A stretch of DNA of 40,823 nucleotides from a virus, in the IMG/VR virus record IMGVR_UViG_3300045988_137387; one strand, 5' to 3'. Both the position numbers and the translations under genes were made by a program. Under the pieces are notes generated by a model that worked only from the letters and a program-made list of their open reading frames with translations, was not told the DNA's origin and did not search any database. The number at the start of each line of letters is the position of its first letter. The first letter of the stretch is position 1. Positions 1 to 8,234 of the stretch are shown here, piece after piece.

Positions 1-99
1 TTATTTGACAATGAAACAACACGACACAACACATTAAAAGTCCCTTTTATAGCTCGTAATGAGCAGGTCGTCCGTTCGAATCGGATCAGTAGCTCCAAA
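1..99 (+). repeat. Terminal direct repeat, copy 1 (identical to 40725-40823)
   Basis: Base-by-base comparison shows 99/99 identity with the last 99 bp of the window. Confidence 0.95.
53..97 (+). other. attP core: 3' 45 nt of a tRNA-Thr(CGU), anticodon loop through CCA; not a complete tRNA
   Basis: CTCGTAA (loop, anticodon CGT), TGAGC, AGGTC (variable loop), GTCCG-TTCGAAT-CGGAT (T arm), CAGTAGC, T, CCA. The geometry is canonical. The matching 5' stem strand GCTCA and the acceptor strand GCTACTG are absent upstream. Confidence 0.7.
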
Positions 100-100
100 A

Positions 101-147
101 ATCCTACAAATCAGCGTCAAAATTTGACCGATTTGTAGGATTTTTTC
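101..147 (+). terminator. Intrinsic terminator directly after the tRNA fragment
   Basis: ATCCTACAAATC (101-112) pairs with GATTTGTAGGAT (130-141). An inner GTCAAA/TTTGAC pairing lies between them, and TTTTTT follows. Confidence 0.8.
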
Positions 148-171
148 TTGTTTGCGCTGACTTGCATGAAG

Positions 172-194
172 AAAACCGCAACAAAAACCGCAAC
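172..194 (+). repeat. Two tandem AACCGCAAC repeats (candidate integrase arm-type sites, P' arm)
   Basis: AACCGCAAC at 174-182 and 186-194. The 21-nt string CCGCAACAAAAACCGCAACAT (176-196) recurs at 40630-40650. Confidence 0.55.
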
Positions 195-306
195 ATGAGG
201 TGGCTCAAAATCGAGAATTGAGGCTTTTGGGCAAAATTTTCAATGAATTAAGTGATAGAAAATTGTTGTGAAATCGGTTTAAGAAAAAGGGCGGAACGGT
301 GGATAT

Positions 307-489
307 ATGAACTTTCCAGAAGAACAGCTGGGTCGTGTTGGACAAAAATTCTCGGATATAAGGCGAAAAATCGAATATATCAAGACACTTGATTTGGTCA
401 GCTGCGTCGCAGAGGTTGAACAGCTCTGCGGTGAGATTCAAGCCGCAACGGAAGAAATGCGGCTCATACTTGCCATGATGAAAGAATAA
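307..489 (+). CDS. Hypothetical small protein (60 aa), possible moron next to attP
   Basis: Only plausible ORF in this region. It is charged and non-repetitive, with a weak GGTGG before the ATG, and it converges on hairpin 494-531. The overlapping minus ORF 205-516 looks like compositional noise. Confidence 0.35.
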   Translation: MNFPEEQLGRVGQKFSDIRRKIEYIKTLDLVSCVAEVEQLCGEIQAATEEMRLILAMMKE

Positions 490-493
490 ACAA

Positions 494-531
494 AGTGCCC
501 CCGCCTCGGAGATCACCGAAGCGGGGGCACT
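494..531 (-). terminator. Terminator of the late operon (GC hairpin; T-tract only on the minus strand)
   Basis: AGTGCCCCCGC (494-504) pairs with GCGGGGGCACT (521-531). On the minus strand it is followed by TTTGTTTATT. It sits between convergent genes. Confidence 0.7.
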
Positions 532-560
532 GTCATGCTATGCAGTTAGGGGCGCGCAGC

Positions 561-809
561 TTAATGTACGCTCTTCTTCAAGCGTGCCATGAAGTCGTCG
601 GCCTTGATGGCCTCAGATGTGAAGCTGTTGTTCTTCCACCATGCGGCCAGCGCAGCGCCGACGGTAAACCCGGCAGAAATCATCTGTTCGAGCTGGGCAT
701 TGTCGATGGGCAGCAAAGGCTTGCCCGCTGCACTGAGCAGCTGATTTGTCAGGGCGAGGCCCAGCGCTGCGGTACGGGTCAGAGTACCGGCGGAGATTTT
801 CTTTTTCAT
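561..809 (-). CDS. Holin, SPP1-type family
   Basis: 82 aa. The motifs TRTAALGLALTNQLL...PIDNAQLEQMISAGFTVGAALAAWWKNNSFT match the SPP1-type holin pattern. It is the last gene of the lysis cassette. Confidence 0.7.
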   Translation of the reverse strand: MKKKISAGTLTRTAALGLALTNQLLSAAGKPLLPIDNAQLEQMISAGFTVGAALAAWWKNNSFTSEAIKADDFMARLKKSVH

Positions 810-810
810 T

Positions 811-1242
811 TCAATCCTTGCCTTTCTCGGGCGTCTCGGCCCGCTGCTTGAGGATGTCGATGGCCTTGGTGATGGCTGCGGGAATGGGCAGACCCATCAG
901 GCCGGCATTCTCGACGATGGAGATGGCCTCGTTGGCCGAAAAGCCGATGATCGCCGCGTCTCGGACGAAGCTGCCGCCGATGACAGCATCAAGCTGGCAG
1001 GCCACCAGCACGATGAGCAGCGTCTCGCCCTTGCGGATGAGGCCCTTCCAGCCCGCCTTGCTTTCCAGTGCGCCGGTCTTGGTCTTGGGGCTGGCGTGGA
1101 ATACGCCTGCCACCACCAGACCGGTGATGTAGTCGATGGCCATAAAGATGACCAGCGTCTGCAGGGCAGTGTCCCAGCCACCGAACAGCGAGGCAATGAC
1201 ACCGCCGATGATGCCGATCGCGGTGCAAATAGTATCCTTCAT
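811..1242 (-). CDS. Holin family protein (toxin-secretion/phage lysis holin type)
   Basis: Start moved to the ATG at 1242, behind AAAGGAG. 143 aa with multiple TM segments. FGGWD...FMAIDYITG is typical of this holin family. The 222-aa track ORF carries a junk Pro/Arg-rich extension. Confidence 0.7.
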   Translation of the reverse strand: MKDTICTAIGIIGGVIASLFGGWDTALQTLVIFMAIDYITGLVVAGVFHASPKTKTGALESKAGWKGLIRKGETLLIVLVACQLDAVIGGSFVRDAAIIGFSANEAISIVENAGLMGLPIPAAITKAIDILKQRAETPEKGKD

Positions 1243-1255
1243 TTTCTTCACTCCT

Positions 1256-1675
1256 TTACATGGTCCACCGGCTCTTGCCCGCCCGGGTGTCGATGTGTAC
1301 CCAGCCGGTAGAGCGCTTCGGGTGGGCGGCGTCCTTCGGGTACCGCCCGATGCCGCCACGTCCGGGCAGCAGCTTCTCGGCGTAGTCGGCCACGGTGGCC
1401 ACCGGTACGCCCTCCACCCAGAAGTCTGCGGCTTTGCCCAGCAGGTGCTGGCTGGATTTCGCCCCGCCCACGGCGGCATTATGTTCGGCGGTGCGGTAGC
1501 CGCTGGTGATATGTACCGGTTTGCCGAAGTGCTCCCGGATGCACTGCAGCAGCACCACCAGCTCGTCGTCGATGAGGACGGCGTCGCTGCCCTTGCAGGC
1601 GAACTCGCGGACGCGGAAGCTGGGCGAGAGCTGCCGGGTGGAGTCGCGGGTCATGGAATATTCTCTGATGGACAT
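1256..1675 (-). CDS. Endolysin, peptidase M15 (D-Ala-D-Ala carboxypeptidase-like metallopeptidase)
   Basis: Start at 1675 behind AGGAGGAG. Motifs SGYRTAEHN, SQHLLGKAADF and VHIDTR give the H-D-H zinc ligand pattern. Confidence 0.8.
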   Translation of the reverse strand: MSIREYSMTRDSTRQLSPSFRVREFACKGSDAVLIDDELVVLLQCIREHFGKPVHITSGYRTAEHNAAVGGAKSSQHLLGKAADFWVEGVPVATVADYAEKLLPGRGGIGRYPKDAAHPKRSTGWVHIDTRAGKSRWTM

Positions 1676-1738
1676 TTCAAATCCTTTCTCCTCCTGGGCT
1701 CCCCTATTAGGGAAGCTGGCGCGAAGCACCTGAGAGGT

Positions 1739-1870
1739 TTAATACTTCTTCCCGCAGATCTCCTCGAAATCAGCCTTGGTGATAATGCCCTTGCGGACAT
1801 ACACCCGCAGCATCGCCTCAGAGATGCGGCCCTGCGTCCAGCGCTCGGTCAGTTTTTCCTTGTTGCTCAT
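1739..1870 (-). CDS. XkdX-family small protein (43 aa; below the ORF-track cutoff)
   Basis: Manual translation: MSNKEKLTERWTQGRISEAMLRVYVRKGIITKADFEEICGKKY. The W..G.I....V.KG.IT...F.EI.G pattern and the position before the lysis genes match XkdX. Confidence 0.6.
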   Translation of the reverse strand: MSNKEKLTERWTQGRISEAMLRVYVRKGIITKADFEEICGKKY

Positions 1871-1887
1871 AACTTCGTTCTCCTTTC

Positions 1888-2256
1888 TCATTCCTCGGTG
1901 GTGTTGGTGGTATCATCCGGCAGGCTCAGCGCCACCATGTCTTCCAGAGCGTCCGCAATGCGGGTCTGGTCGGAGACGCCAGCGTCTGCCACGGGCGGGT
2001 TATCCTCAAAGGCCTCGATGGCGGCCAGATAGTCCTCGTCGGTGACGCAGGCGCTGAAATCGCAGCCTAGCTTGCGGTAACGCTCCACCGCGTCGTCGAA
2101 GACCAGCGCGACGCTGCCGTTGATGATGCCGCCGCCCACGATCATCTTGGTGTAGCGGCCCCACTGGTAACGGTCCAGCCACTGCTCAGCGGTAAGCTTC
2201 TCGCCCACCGGGGTGATGACGTCAGATTTGTTGTCGTAAATTTTGTATCGTGCCAT
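1888..2256 (-). CDS. Hypothetical tail-associated protein (XkdW-like position)
   Basis: Start moved to the ATG at 2256 behind GGAG (MARYKIYDNKSDV...). 122 aa with an acidic C-terminus. Confidence 0.5.
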   Translation of the reverse strand: MARYKIYDNKSDVITPVGEKLTAEQWLDRYQWGRYTKMIVGGGIINGSVALVFDDAVERYRKLGCDFSACVTDEDYLAAIEAFEDNPPVADAGVSDQTRIADALEDMVALSLPDDTTNTTEE

Positions 2257-2275
2257 TTTGATTTCTCCTTTTCTT

Positions 2276-3424
2276 TTATGCGGTGTAGACGAATACGACG
2301 CTTGAAGGGTCATCGTAATCTCTTCCCCCGCCTGCAAACAGCAGGTAGTCTCCAACTGTCGCCGAGGAAAGCTCCTGTCTTGGATAGTCCAGCGCTGTGA
2401 CCGCAGTCCGCGTGAGAGAGGTGTCACAGGCGTCTACTACATCTGAATAGCCATAGTTTGTATAGCCTCCCGCAAACAATGCGTAGTCTCCGACTGCACC
2501 GGCAGACATATACTGTCGTGCTATGCTCAGGAGTGGGGCGGTCGTTTTTGTGAGCGATGCATTATAAACGTCGCAGGACGTGCTGTCACTATAGCCAGGT
2601 GTAAATATTGCATAATTCCCGACCACTGTGGAAGTATCACAGCCTGGGCCGCCGCCACCGTTGGTGACATTACTCAAATCCGCAGCCGCTGTGCGGGTGA
2701 GTGAAGCGCTGTAGACATCCACAACTTTTGTGGCGCTGTGCGACATACCTCCGGCAAAAAGCACCCGGCTGCCGACTGTCGCGGTCAGTGGCCAATATCT
2801 TGCCACGCTCAGTTTTGTGGCTGCCGTGCGGGTGAGAGTGCCGTTGTACACCTCGACATTTGCGCACCAGTTACTCGAATTCGAATTGGTGGAGGCTCCG
2901 CCTGCAAAGAACGCTCTACCTTCGAGTGACGCAGCACCCATCCATATCCTCTTGCCGCTCAGTGTTGCAGCTGCTGTTCGCGTGAGAGAAGCGCTATACG
3001 CGTCCACTGAATCAACTATACCTGTGGTGTTATTGGCTCCGCCTGCAAAGAGTGCATAGCCCTCAACAGACGCGCCGGCATGTCTCTTTCGCGCTGTACT
3101 CAACACCGTAGGCATCGACTTTGTGAGCGACGCGCTATAAGCATCCACGGCGTCATAAATGACTTCGCTATGGCGCCAGTATCCACGTCCCCCCGCAAAC
3201 AGCGCATAATTGCCAACTGACGCTGCTGCTATCTCACGCCGTTCATCGCTCAAATCCGCAGCCATTCCATACCTGTCCAGCTCTGCACTGTAGCACAGCC
3301 TCGCCTTGCCACCGACACCGATGTACATCTTTTTGACCTTGCGGGCCTTACCGCCGATACCAATGTAGGCTTTTTTCATCTTGTGGGCTTTGCTGTCAAC
3401 GCCCACATAAACTGCTTTTGCCAT
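2276..3424 (-). CDS. Kelch-like 7-blade beta-propeller protein, putative distal tail/receptor-binding protein
   Basis: Seven repeats of about 48 aa: ..YALFAGG..(x)..VDAYSASLTRT.A..LS.AR... The N-terminus carries short KKxYIGxGGKAR repeats. Confidence 0.65.
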   Translation of the reverse strand: MAKAVYVGVDSKAHKMKKAYIGIGGKARKVKKMYIGVGGKARLCYSAELDRYGMAADLSDERREIAAASVGNYALFAGGRGYWRHSEVIYDAVDAYSASLTKSMPTVLSTARKRHAGASVEGYALFAGGANNTTGIVDSVDAYSASLTRTAAATLSGKRIWMGAASLEGRAFFAGGASTNSNSSNWCANVEVYNGTLTRTAATKLSVARYWPLTATVGSRVLFAGGMSHSATKVVDVYSASLTRTAAADLSNVTNGGGGPGCDTSTVVGNYAIFTPGYSDSTSCDVYNASLTKTTAPLLSIARQYMSAGAVGDYALFAGGYTNYGYSDVVDACDTSLTRTAVTALDYPRQELSSATVGDYLLFAGGGRDYDDPSSVVFVYTA

Positions 3425-3441
3425 TTTGAAGTTTCACCTCC

Positions 3442-4071
3442 TTACACATACACGATGAGCACCTTGTTGGTGGCAAGGCTGCTTCCTACCCCGGGGTCGG
3501 TGGTCTGGGCGGCGAAGGTCAGGCCGTTGACCGAGTTGGCCGTGCCGCCCGCAGAGCCGGAACCAGCGTAGTTGTGGGTGTGGGAACTGTTGGCTTTGCC
3601 GTTGAGTTTGGCGTTCATTTCGCTCTCGGTGTAGTACCGGTCGTCATGGGTATGGCTGGACGCCGCCTTGCCGTCCACGAGGCCTTTCAGCACCTTGCCC
3701 TGATTTGCGCTCAGACTCTGGTCGGTGGCCGTGCTGGTCAGGTTGTCCTGCACGCCGCGCCAGGTGTTGGTGTCCGTGAACTTTGCATCCGCAGGCACAC
3801 TCTTGCCCAGCGTGAAGGTCATAGCGACCGGCACACCATCCTTGAAGTATACTCCCTGCGTAGCAGAACCCGCGTTCTTGTTCAGTTTGTTGGCTGAGTT
3901 TGCCGCACCGCCCGCGCTGGACGAACCAGCGTAGTTGTGGGTATGGCTGGCGGCAGCTTTACCCGCCAGCGCGTCGCCGGTGGCTTTGGCGTCGGCCGCC
4001 GCGCCGGAGACTTTGAGGGCGGTGTCCACAGCCAGAGCTTCGCCGCCCGAATTGAAAGAACCATATGCCAT
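3442..4071 (-). CDS. Tail fibre protein with SHTH (HxH) repeats
   Basis: Three S-H-T-H motifs. Duplicated segment SHTHNYAGS(S/G)SAGG(A/T)ANS. Gly/Ala/Ser-rich, fibre-like composition. Confidence 0.6.
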   Translation of the reverse strand: MAYGSFNSGGEALAVDTALKVSGAAADAKATGDALAGKAAASHTHNYAGSSSAGGAANSANKLNKNAGSATQGVYFKDGVPVAMTFTLGKSVPADAKFTDTNTWRGVQDNLTSTATDQSLSANQGKVLKGLVDGKAASSHTHDDRYYTESEMNAKLNGKANSSHTHNYAGSGSAGGTANSVNGLTFAAQTTDPGVGSSLATNKVLIVYV

Positions 4072-4081
4072 AAAATCACTC

Positions 4082-4480
4082 CTAGTTCTTTACTGTGTTG
4101 ATGATGCGATACTGTGCCTTGATGGCCGCAGTCGGAGCTTTCTTGGCCCGCAGCCGCAGCTTCCCGGCCATGCTCTCGGTGGGGATAAAGCCTGCCGTTC
4201 GCGCCACACTGTAGGATTCCGGTGCAGGTGTGACATCCACGATGTCGGTGGCCCGAAGCCCCGCGATGGAGATGTCACAGTAGTAATAGCTGGTGAGGGT
4301 GGAATCCCTCGCCCAGCCGGTCGTCGGAATCGTAAAAGACACCGCCGCCGTGATGTCCTGCTTTTCGTCGAGGCCATCTGCTGTGGCCGAAGCAAGGTCG
4401 CCAAGGGCGGCGGTATACTTTTTCATGTAGCTGCAGAGTTCGGCGAGGCCTTTTGTCAAAAGTGCTTTTACCTTTGCCAT
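4082..4480 (-). CDS. Hypothetical tail fibre-associated protein
   Basis: 132-aa ORF tightly packed inside the fibre cluster. No recognisable motif. Confidence 0.5.
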   Translation of the reverse strand: MAKVKALLTKGLAELCSYMKKYTAALGDLASATADGLDEKQDITAAVSFTIPTTGWARDSTLTSYYYCDISIAGLRATDIVDVTPAPESYSVARTAGFIPTESMAGKLRLRAKKAPTAAIKAQYRIINTVKN

Positions 4481-4498
4481 AGAGCCTCCTTGTGGGCC

Positions 4499-5173
4499 TT
4501 AGTCTGCCAGCATGTCAGCGATGTCCTCGACGCTGAAGTCCTCGACATCCTCAGTGTGCAGGACGTTCGCGGGCTCAGTGTAGACGGTAACTTCCTTGCC
4601 GTTGACCTTAATGTTGCCGTTGGTGTCGGATGCCTCGACCTTGGCGGTGCTGACGTAGAGGCCGTCCTCCTTGAGGGTCAGGGCGTTACCCTCGGCAGTG
4701 GAGACATTGACCTTGACATCCACCTCATAGCCAGCGATGGTGACGGTGGTGGAAGTATCCTTGCCGACGGCCTTAGCCTTGTAGGTATCCACCAGCGCAG
4801 CCATGCTCAGGAAAGAGTAGGTGCAGGAGTCAGGGTTCTCGCCCTTGACGGCCAGCACCATGACGGGCTTGCCGTCCAGCTTGGGGTCGGTCGAGCCGGG
4901 ATAGGTGGCTGCGCTGAACGCGAAGCTGGGGACGAACTCGGTCTTTGTCTGGTCGAGGAACATTTCGGCGGGGAAGTCCACGGTAAAGGCGGCGTCACCG
5001 GTCTTGTCGGTGCTGGTGAAGAAGCTGATGGTGTTGCCGGTCACATCCAGAGACTTGATGGCCTTTTCAGCAGCGGTCTGGATGGGGGCGAACGCTTCCT
5101 TCTTTACAAAGCCCTTCTTGACCTCAGCGGCCAGATTGCGGATGGAGTCAGCGGTGGAGATGTTCTTGGACAT
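4499..5173 (-). CDS. Hypothetical tail fibre-associated protein
   Basis: 224-aa ORF in the fibre cluster. Beta-rich composition with an acidic C-terminus. Confidence 0.5.
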   Translation of the reverse strand: MSKNISTADSIRNLAAEVKKGFVKKEAFAPIQTAAEKAIKSLDVTGNTISFFTSTDKTGDAAFTVDFPAEMFLDQTKTEFVPSFAFSAATYPGSTDPKLDGKPVMVLAVKGENPDSCTYSFLSMAALVDTYKAKAVGKDTSTTVTIAGYEVDVKVNVSTAEGNALTLKEDGLYVSTAKVEASDTNGNIKVNGKEVTVYTEPANVLHTEDVEDFSVEDIADMLAD

Positions 5174-5191
5174 AGTGTTTTTTCCTTTCTT

Positions 5192-6289
5192 TTACTTCAA
5201 AATTTCAGCGATTTCCTGAGATAACTTTTCGTCGTTCACGAGGTCGTCGCTGGTCACAACGGTGTCTTTGCGGACGGTCAGCGCGTCGGTGGCGTCAAAG
5301 GCAAGGCCGTCGCCGATGCTGACGGCGATCGCGCCGCTTTCATCGCGTTTGAGGCCCTGCCCGATGGTCACATTGCCAGATGCATTGGAGCCACCTACTT
5401 TCCCGGAACCGTTCAGGGTAAGCGTCACATGGATGTCGGCCGCCGGAACACGCTGCGAGAAGAAACGGACAGAGCCGTCGCGGGTCTCACAGGCGTTGAG
5501 GACGCCGGCCCTCGCGGTCACGGCGAAGTCATTGACATCTGCGCCGCCGCTGGGGATAAGTGAGCTGTCGCTGTCAGCCAGCGCGGCATCGTAGATGTAC
5601 TGGTAGGGGCCGGTGTCCGGCAGGGGAGTCCAACCATCAGCGCGGAGGACGAGGCTGTACTCGCCGAAATACCCGCTGCCGCTGTGGGTCTGAATGAGCT
5701 TTTTGACCTGTGCTTCGGTCATGATCTGGCCGGACTCCTCGATGCGCTTTACCGCCGCACTGGCGGCAGCCTCGATGACCGAGGCGTGGGCGTTGGGGTC
5801 GGAGTCGTGCTGTTCCAGCTCTTTTTCGACCAGCTGCATGATGGCCTGCACCTGCGGCGATACGGTGACGCTGATGTTGGCGTTGTTGGAGACGGCCAGC
5901 AGGACGGCCAGCTCGATTTTGAAATCGCTGCTCGTGCTGGCGGCGGGGATCTCGACGCCCCGGTCATCCTGCACGACCATGAGCAGCGTTTCGTCCGGGC
6001 CGGTGTCCAGTTTGCCGTATACCCCCACCTGATGGCAGATGTAGGCTGTCTGCCCGGCTGTGATCTGGATGCTGACCCGCCGGGCGGGCTTGCCGTCGTT
6101 CTCCACAGTGTCGATGCCGAGGATGTCCACCTCGTGTGTCTCGCCACTGAGAGTGACGGCTTCTGCGAGGTCAGAGTCACTGGCCTCGGTGGCCGCCAGC
6201 GCACGGGTGATGATGAGTGCGCCGCCGGAGACCGACTCCGACAATAAGGCAGCGCCCGCGCGGGTATACGCGGCTTTTTCCCAGCTCAT
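5192..6289 (-). CDS. Putative tail fibre protein
   Basis: Start moved to the ATG at 6289, which forms an ATGA overlap with the stop of the upstream gene (MSWEKAAYTRAG...). The 571-aa track ORF has an Arg/Pro/His-rich junk extension that overlaps 6286-7005. Confidence 0.6.
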   Translation of the reverse strand: MSWEKAAYTRAGAALLSESVSGGALIITRALAATEASDSDLAEAVTLSGETHEVDILGIDTVENDGKPARRVSIQITAGQTAYICHQVGVYGKLDTGPDETLLMVVQDDRGVEIPAASTSSDFKIELAVLLAVSNNANISVTVSPQVQAIMQLVEKELEQHDSDPNAHASVIEAAASAAVKRIEESGQIMTEAQVKKLIQTHSGSGYFGEYSLVLRADGWTPLPDTGPYQYIYDAALADSDSSLIPSGGADVNDFAVTARAGVLNACETRDGSVRFFSQRVPAADIHVTLTLNGSGKVGGSNASGNVTIGQGLKRDESGAIAVSIGDGLAFDATDALTVRKDTVVTSDDLVNDEKLSQEIAEILK

Positions 6290-7005
6290 ATCGTTATTCC
6301 TCCAATCTTGATGGTGATGGTCTCGCAGGTGTTGGCCAGTCTGCTGCCTGCAAGGGCCGGCGCACTGACCGCTTTCGGGCCGATGACGCCGGGCAGAGCC
6401 ACGGTGGCCTGCACCCGGGTGCTGCTGGCTGCACTGACTGCATATGCCCGACCGGTGACTTCCTTCGGCCCGATGACGCCCGGGATGCGGACGGTGCAGG
6501 TGGTGACTGCGCTGCACGGGGCAGAGGCGGCGTAGGCTGTAAGATGTGCCTCTTCCAGATACGCGATGTACTGCAAAAACAGATTTTGCGGAGACATCGC
6601 GTCTACCAGCTCCATCGTGTCGGCATAGGTGTCCGTATAAGGCATCGTGACCCGAAGGGTATAGCTGTTTTCCGGGACTTCGGCGGCAGAAGAACCTACT
6701 CCGTAGATGTTGTTCAGTACATTCTGCAGCTGAGGCAGAGTATAGGGCAGCTGACGGTTCAGCGCGGTAAGAATGCGGATACGCCGGACATCGAGGCTGT
6801 CCGATGCCTTCGGAACAAGGGCGAGGATGTGCTCCCACCGGGCGAGACCGCGGTCTCCGGTAGTCAGAATGAAGAGGTCGTCCTGAAAAGCAGCGACACT
6901 GTCCCACAAAGCCGAGAATTCCGGCTGCTGCGATGCCATTGCCGCTTTGAATGCCGGAAGGTCACGGAGAATGAAGGGAAGATAGTTTATCAGCTGTCGT
7001 TCCAT
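6286..7005 (-). CDS. Baseplate/tail protein, XkdU/YmfQ-like (DUF2313-like)
   Basis: N-terminus LINYLPFILRDLPAFKAAM...LFILTTGDRGLARWE, and it sits immediately after the baseplate J gene. Confidence 0.6.
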   Translation of the reverse strand: MERQLINYLPFILRDLPAFKAAMASQQPEFSALWDSVAAFQDDLFILTTGDRGLARWEHILALVPKASDSLDVRRIRILTALNRQLPYTLPQLQNVLNNIYGVGSSAAEVPENSYTLRVTMPYTDTYADTMELVDAMSPQNLFLQYIAYLEEAHLTAYAASAPCSAVTTCTVRIPGVIGPKEVTGRAYAVSAASSTRVQATVALPGVIGPKAVSAPALAGSRLANTCETITIKIGGITI

Positions 7006-7016
7006 CCGCAGCCTCC

Positions 7017-8234
7017 TTAACTTATCGCGGCTGCATGAGCCGAGATAGTGCCAAGAACCGGAATATGGTCACTGGTGAGCGTCAGATTCGATTCCCGGCC
7101 ATTGAGAGCCGTGCGGCCCACATCAAGGATTCCGGGAACAGTAAGCAGATGACTCTCGACCTGGGCGACGCGGACAATGAGCGGACCGTCGGTGTCGGCC
7201 CAGCTCTGGGTCAGCTCCCGGAAATAGTCCTTCACGGCGTCGGCTGCTGCGTCGCAGACGTCTTCCCATGCCAGTCCCCGACGGCAGTAGACGGCAAAGT
7301 CGAGGTTTATGACCTCTTCGTCGGCGCCGTATACTTTGACTACATGGCCGATGGGGGCAAGGCCGAGACCTTCGCCGGCATTCTGGGTGGGGTCGATGGT
7401 CGTCTGCACCAGCTCCACGAGGGTGGACGACGGCTTGCTGAGAGTACTGTCCAGAATGACAAGTTTGACGGTGCCGCCGATGGTCAACTTGCTTTGAGAA
7501 GCCGCAAGATACATCGTATCGAGCCAGTTCTTTATTTCTTCCGGTATGCCGGGAAGGGTTTCAAGCCATGCATCCGTACCTTCCGGCGGGATAAGGCTCG
7601 CAGATGTAATGTCCGAGTTCCATGCCCGATATACCTTGACAGCACCCACACCGGGGATAGCGTTGACCTTTTCGATGTAGTCCTGCCGATTTCCACCGAA
7701 AGCCTGCGCATGGAGACTGCTGAAGTAGCGCTGCCGGAATATTTCGGTAGCTTCTTCGTCTTCGCCCGGAATGAGCAGAGCGGTGACTGTGCAGGTCTCA
7801 AGGCCCTTGACGTATTCGATGGGAATACAGGTGTCGCTGTAGTCGTTGCCAGCCTCGCCTGGTGTTTCGCAGGTGATTTCGTATACACCGGCGGCGACGC
7901 GCTTGGTGATGGCATAGTTCAGCGCCCCAATGGAGAATCGAGTCCCCAGCGAAATTTCTATCTCGGCGGGGGTGGTGGTCAGCTCCAGAACTGCGGCAGA
8001 TGCAGCCTGCGGGGAAAGCCCCCGCTCTGCAGCTCGCCGGATGAGGTATTTCCGGCTGGCAGTATCGGCAAATCCGTTGTTGAGGGCTTCTTCTACCGCG
8101 ATGTTCAGGTTGACCAGCTCCACCGCGCCGGGGGCGTTGGCGTACCAGATGAGGGAGCCTTCCCGGGTGTCCAGATCTCCGGGAACGCGGGCCATCTCCC
8201 GTTTGAGGATGGCGTCATAGGTCTGTTCCGACAC
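7017..8234 (-). CDS. Baseplate J-like protein (XkdT-like)
   Basis: 405 aa. Size and position fit, and the N-terminus YDAILKREMARVPGDLDTREGSLIWYANAP is typical of baseplate J. Confidence 0.7.
   Translation of the reverse strand: MSEQTYDAILKREMARVPGDLDTREGSLIWYANAPGAVELVNLNIAVEEALNNGFADTASRKYLIRRAAERGLSPQAASAAVLELTTTPAEIEISLGTRFSIGALNYAITKRVAAGVYEITCETPGEAGNDYSDTCIPIEYVKGLETCTVTALLIPGEDEEATEIFRQRYFSSLHAQAFGGNRQDYIEKVNAIPGVGAVKVYRAWNSDITSASLIPPEGTDAWLETLPGIPEEIKNWLDTMYLAASQSKLTIGGTVKLVILDSTLSKPSSTLVELVQTTIDPTQNAGEGLGLAPIGHVVKVYGADEEVINLDFAVYCRRGLAWEDVCDAAADAVKDYFRELTQSWADTDGPLIVRVAQVESHLLTVPGILDVGRTALNGRESNLTLTSDHIPVLGTISAHAAAIS

Noticed and set aside
1-99. The 99-bp end repeat read as attL/attR of an integrated prophage, or as the 3' end of a tmRNA (ssrA) gene
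   Set aside because: tRNA-like geometry (loop, stem, AGGTC variable loop, T arm, acceptor, CCA) begins only at position 53 and fits a tRNA-Thr(CGU) 3' half. The upstream 52 nt are identical in both copies and contain no tRNA 5' half. The acceptor strand lacks the tmRNA G3-U70/A73 signature in the only register that fits the T arm.
205-516. 103-aa minus-strand ORF near the left end
   Set aside because: It is Phe/Leu/Asn-rich, has no RBS, and lies beyond the late-operon terminator. The plus-strand 60-aa ORF is the more plausible reading, though it is also weak.
2276-6289. Diversity-generating retroelement targeting the fibre genes
   Set aside because: No reverse transcriptase ORF was seen in the window, and I did not notice a template/variable repeat pair with adenine-specific differences.
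5192-6907. 571-aa version of the tail fibre ORF, and similar N-terminal extensions in track ORFs 811-1479, 1888-2427, 1256-1729, 24631-25104, 34289-34672, 34963-35235, 36765-37580, 39275-40552 and 30137-31255
   Set aside because: The extensions overlap the upstream gene, have Arg/Pro-rich or otherwise junk composition, and lack an RBS. Internal ATGs with Shine-Dalgarno sequences or ATGA stop-start overlaps give compact, non-overlapping genes.
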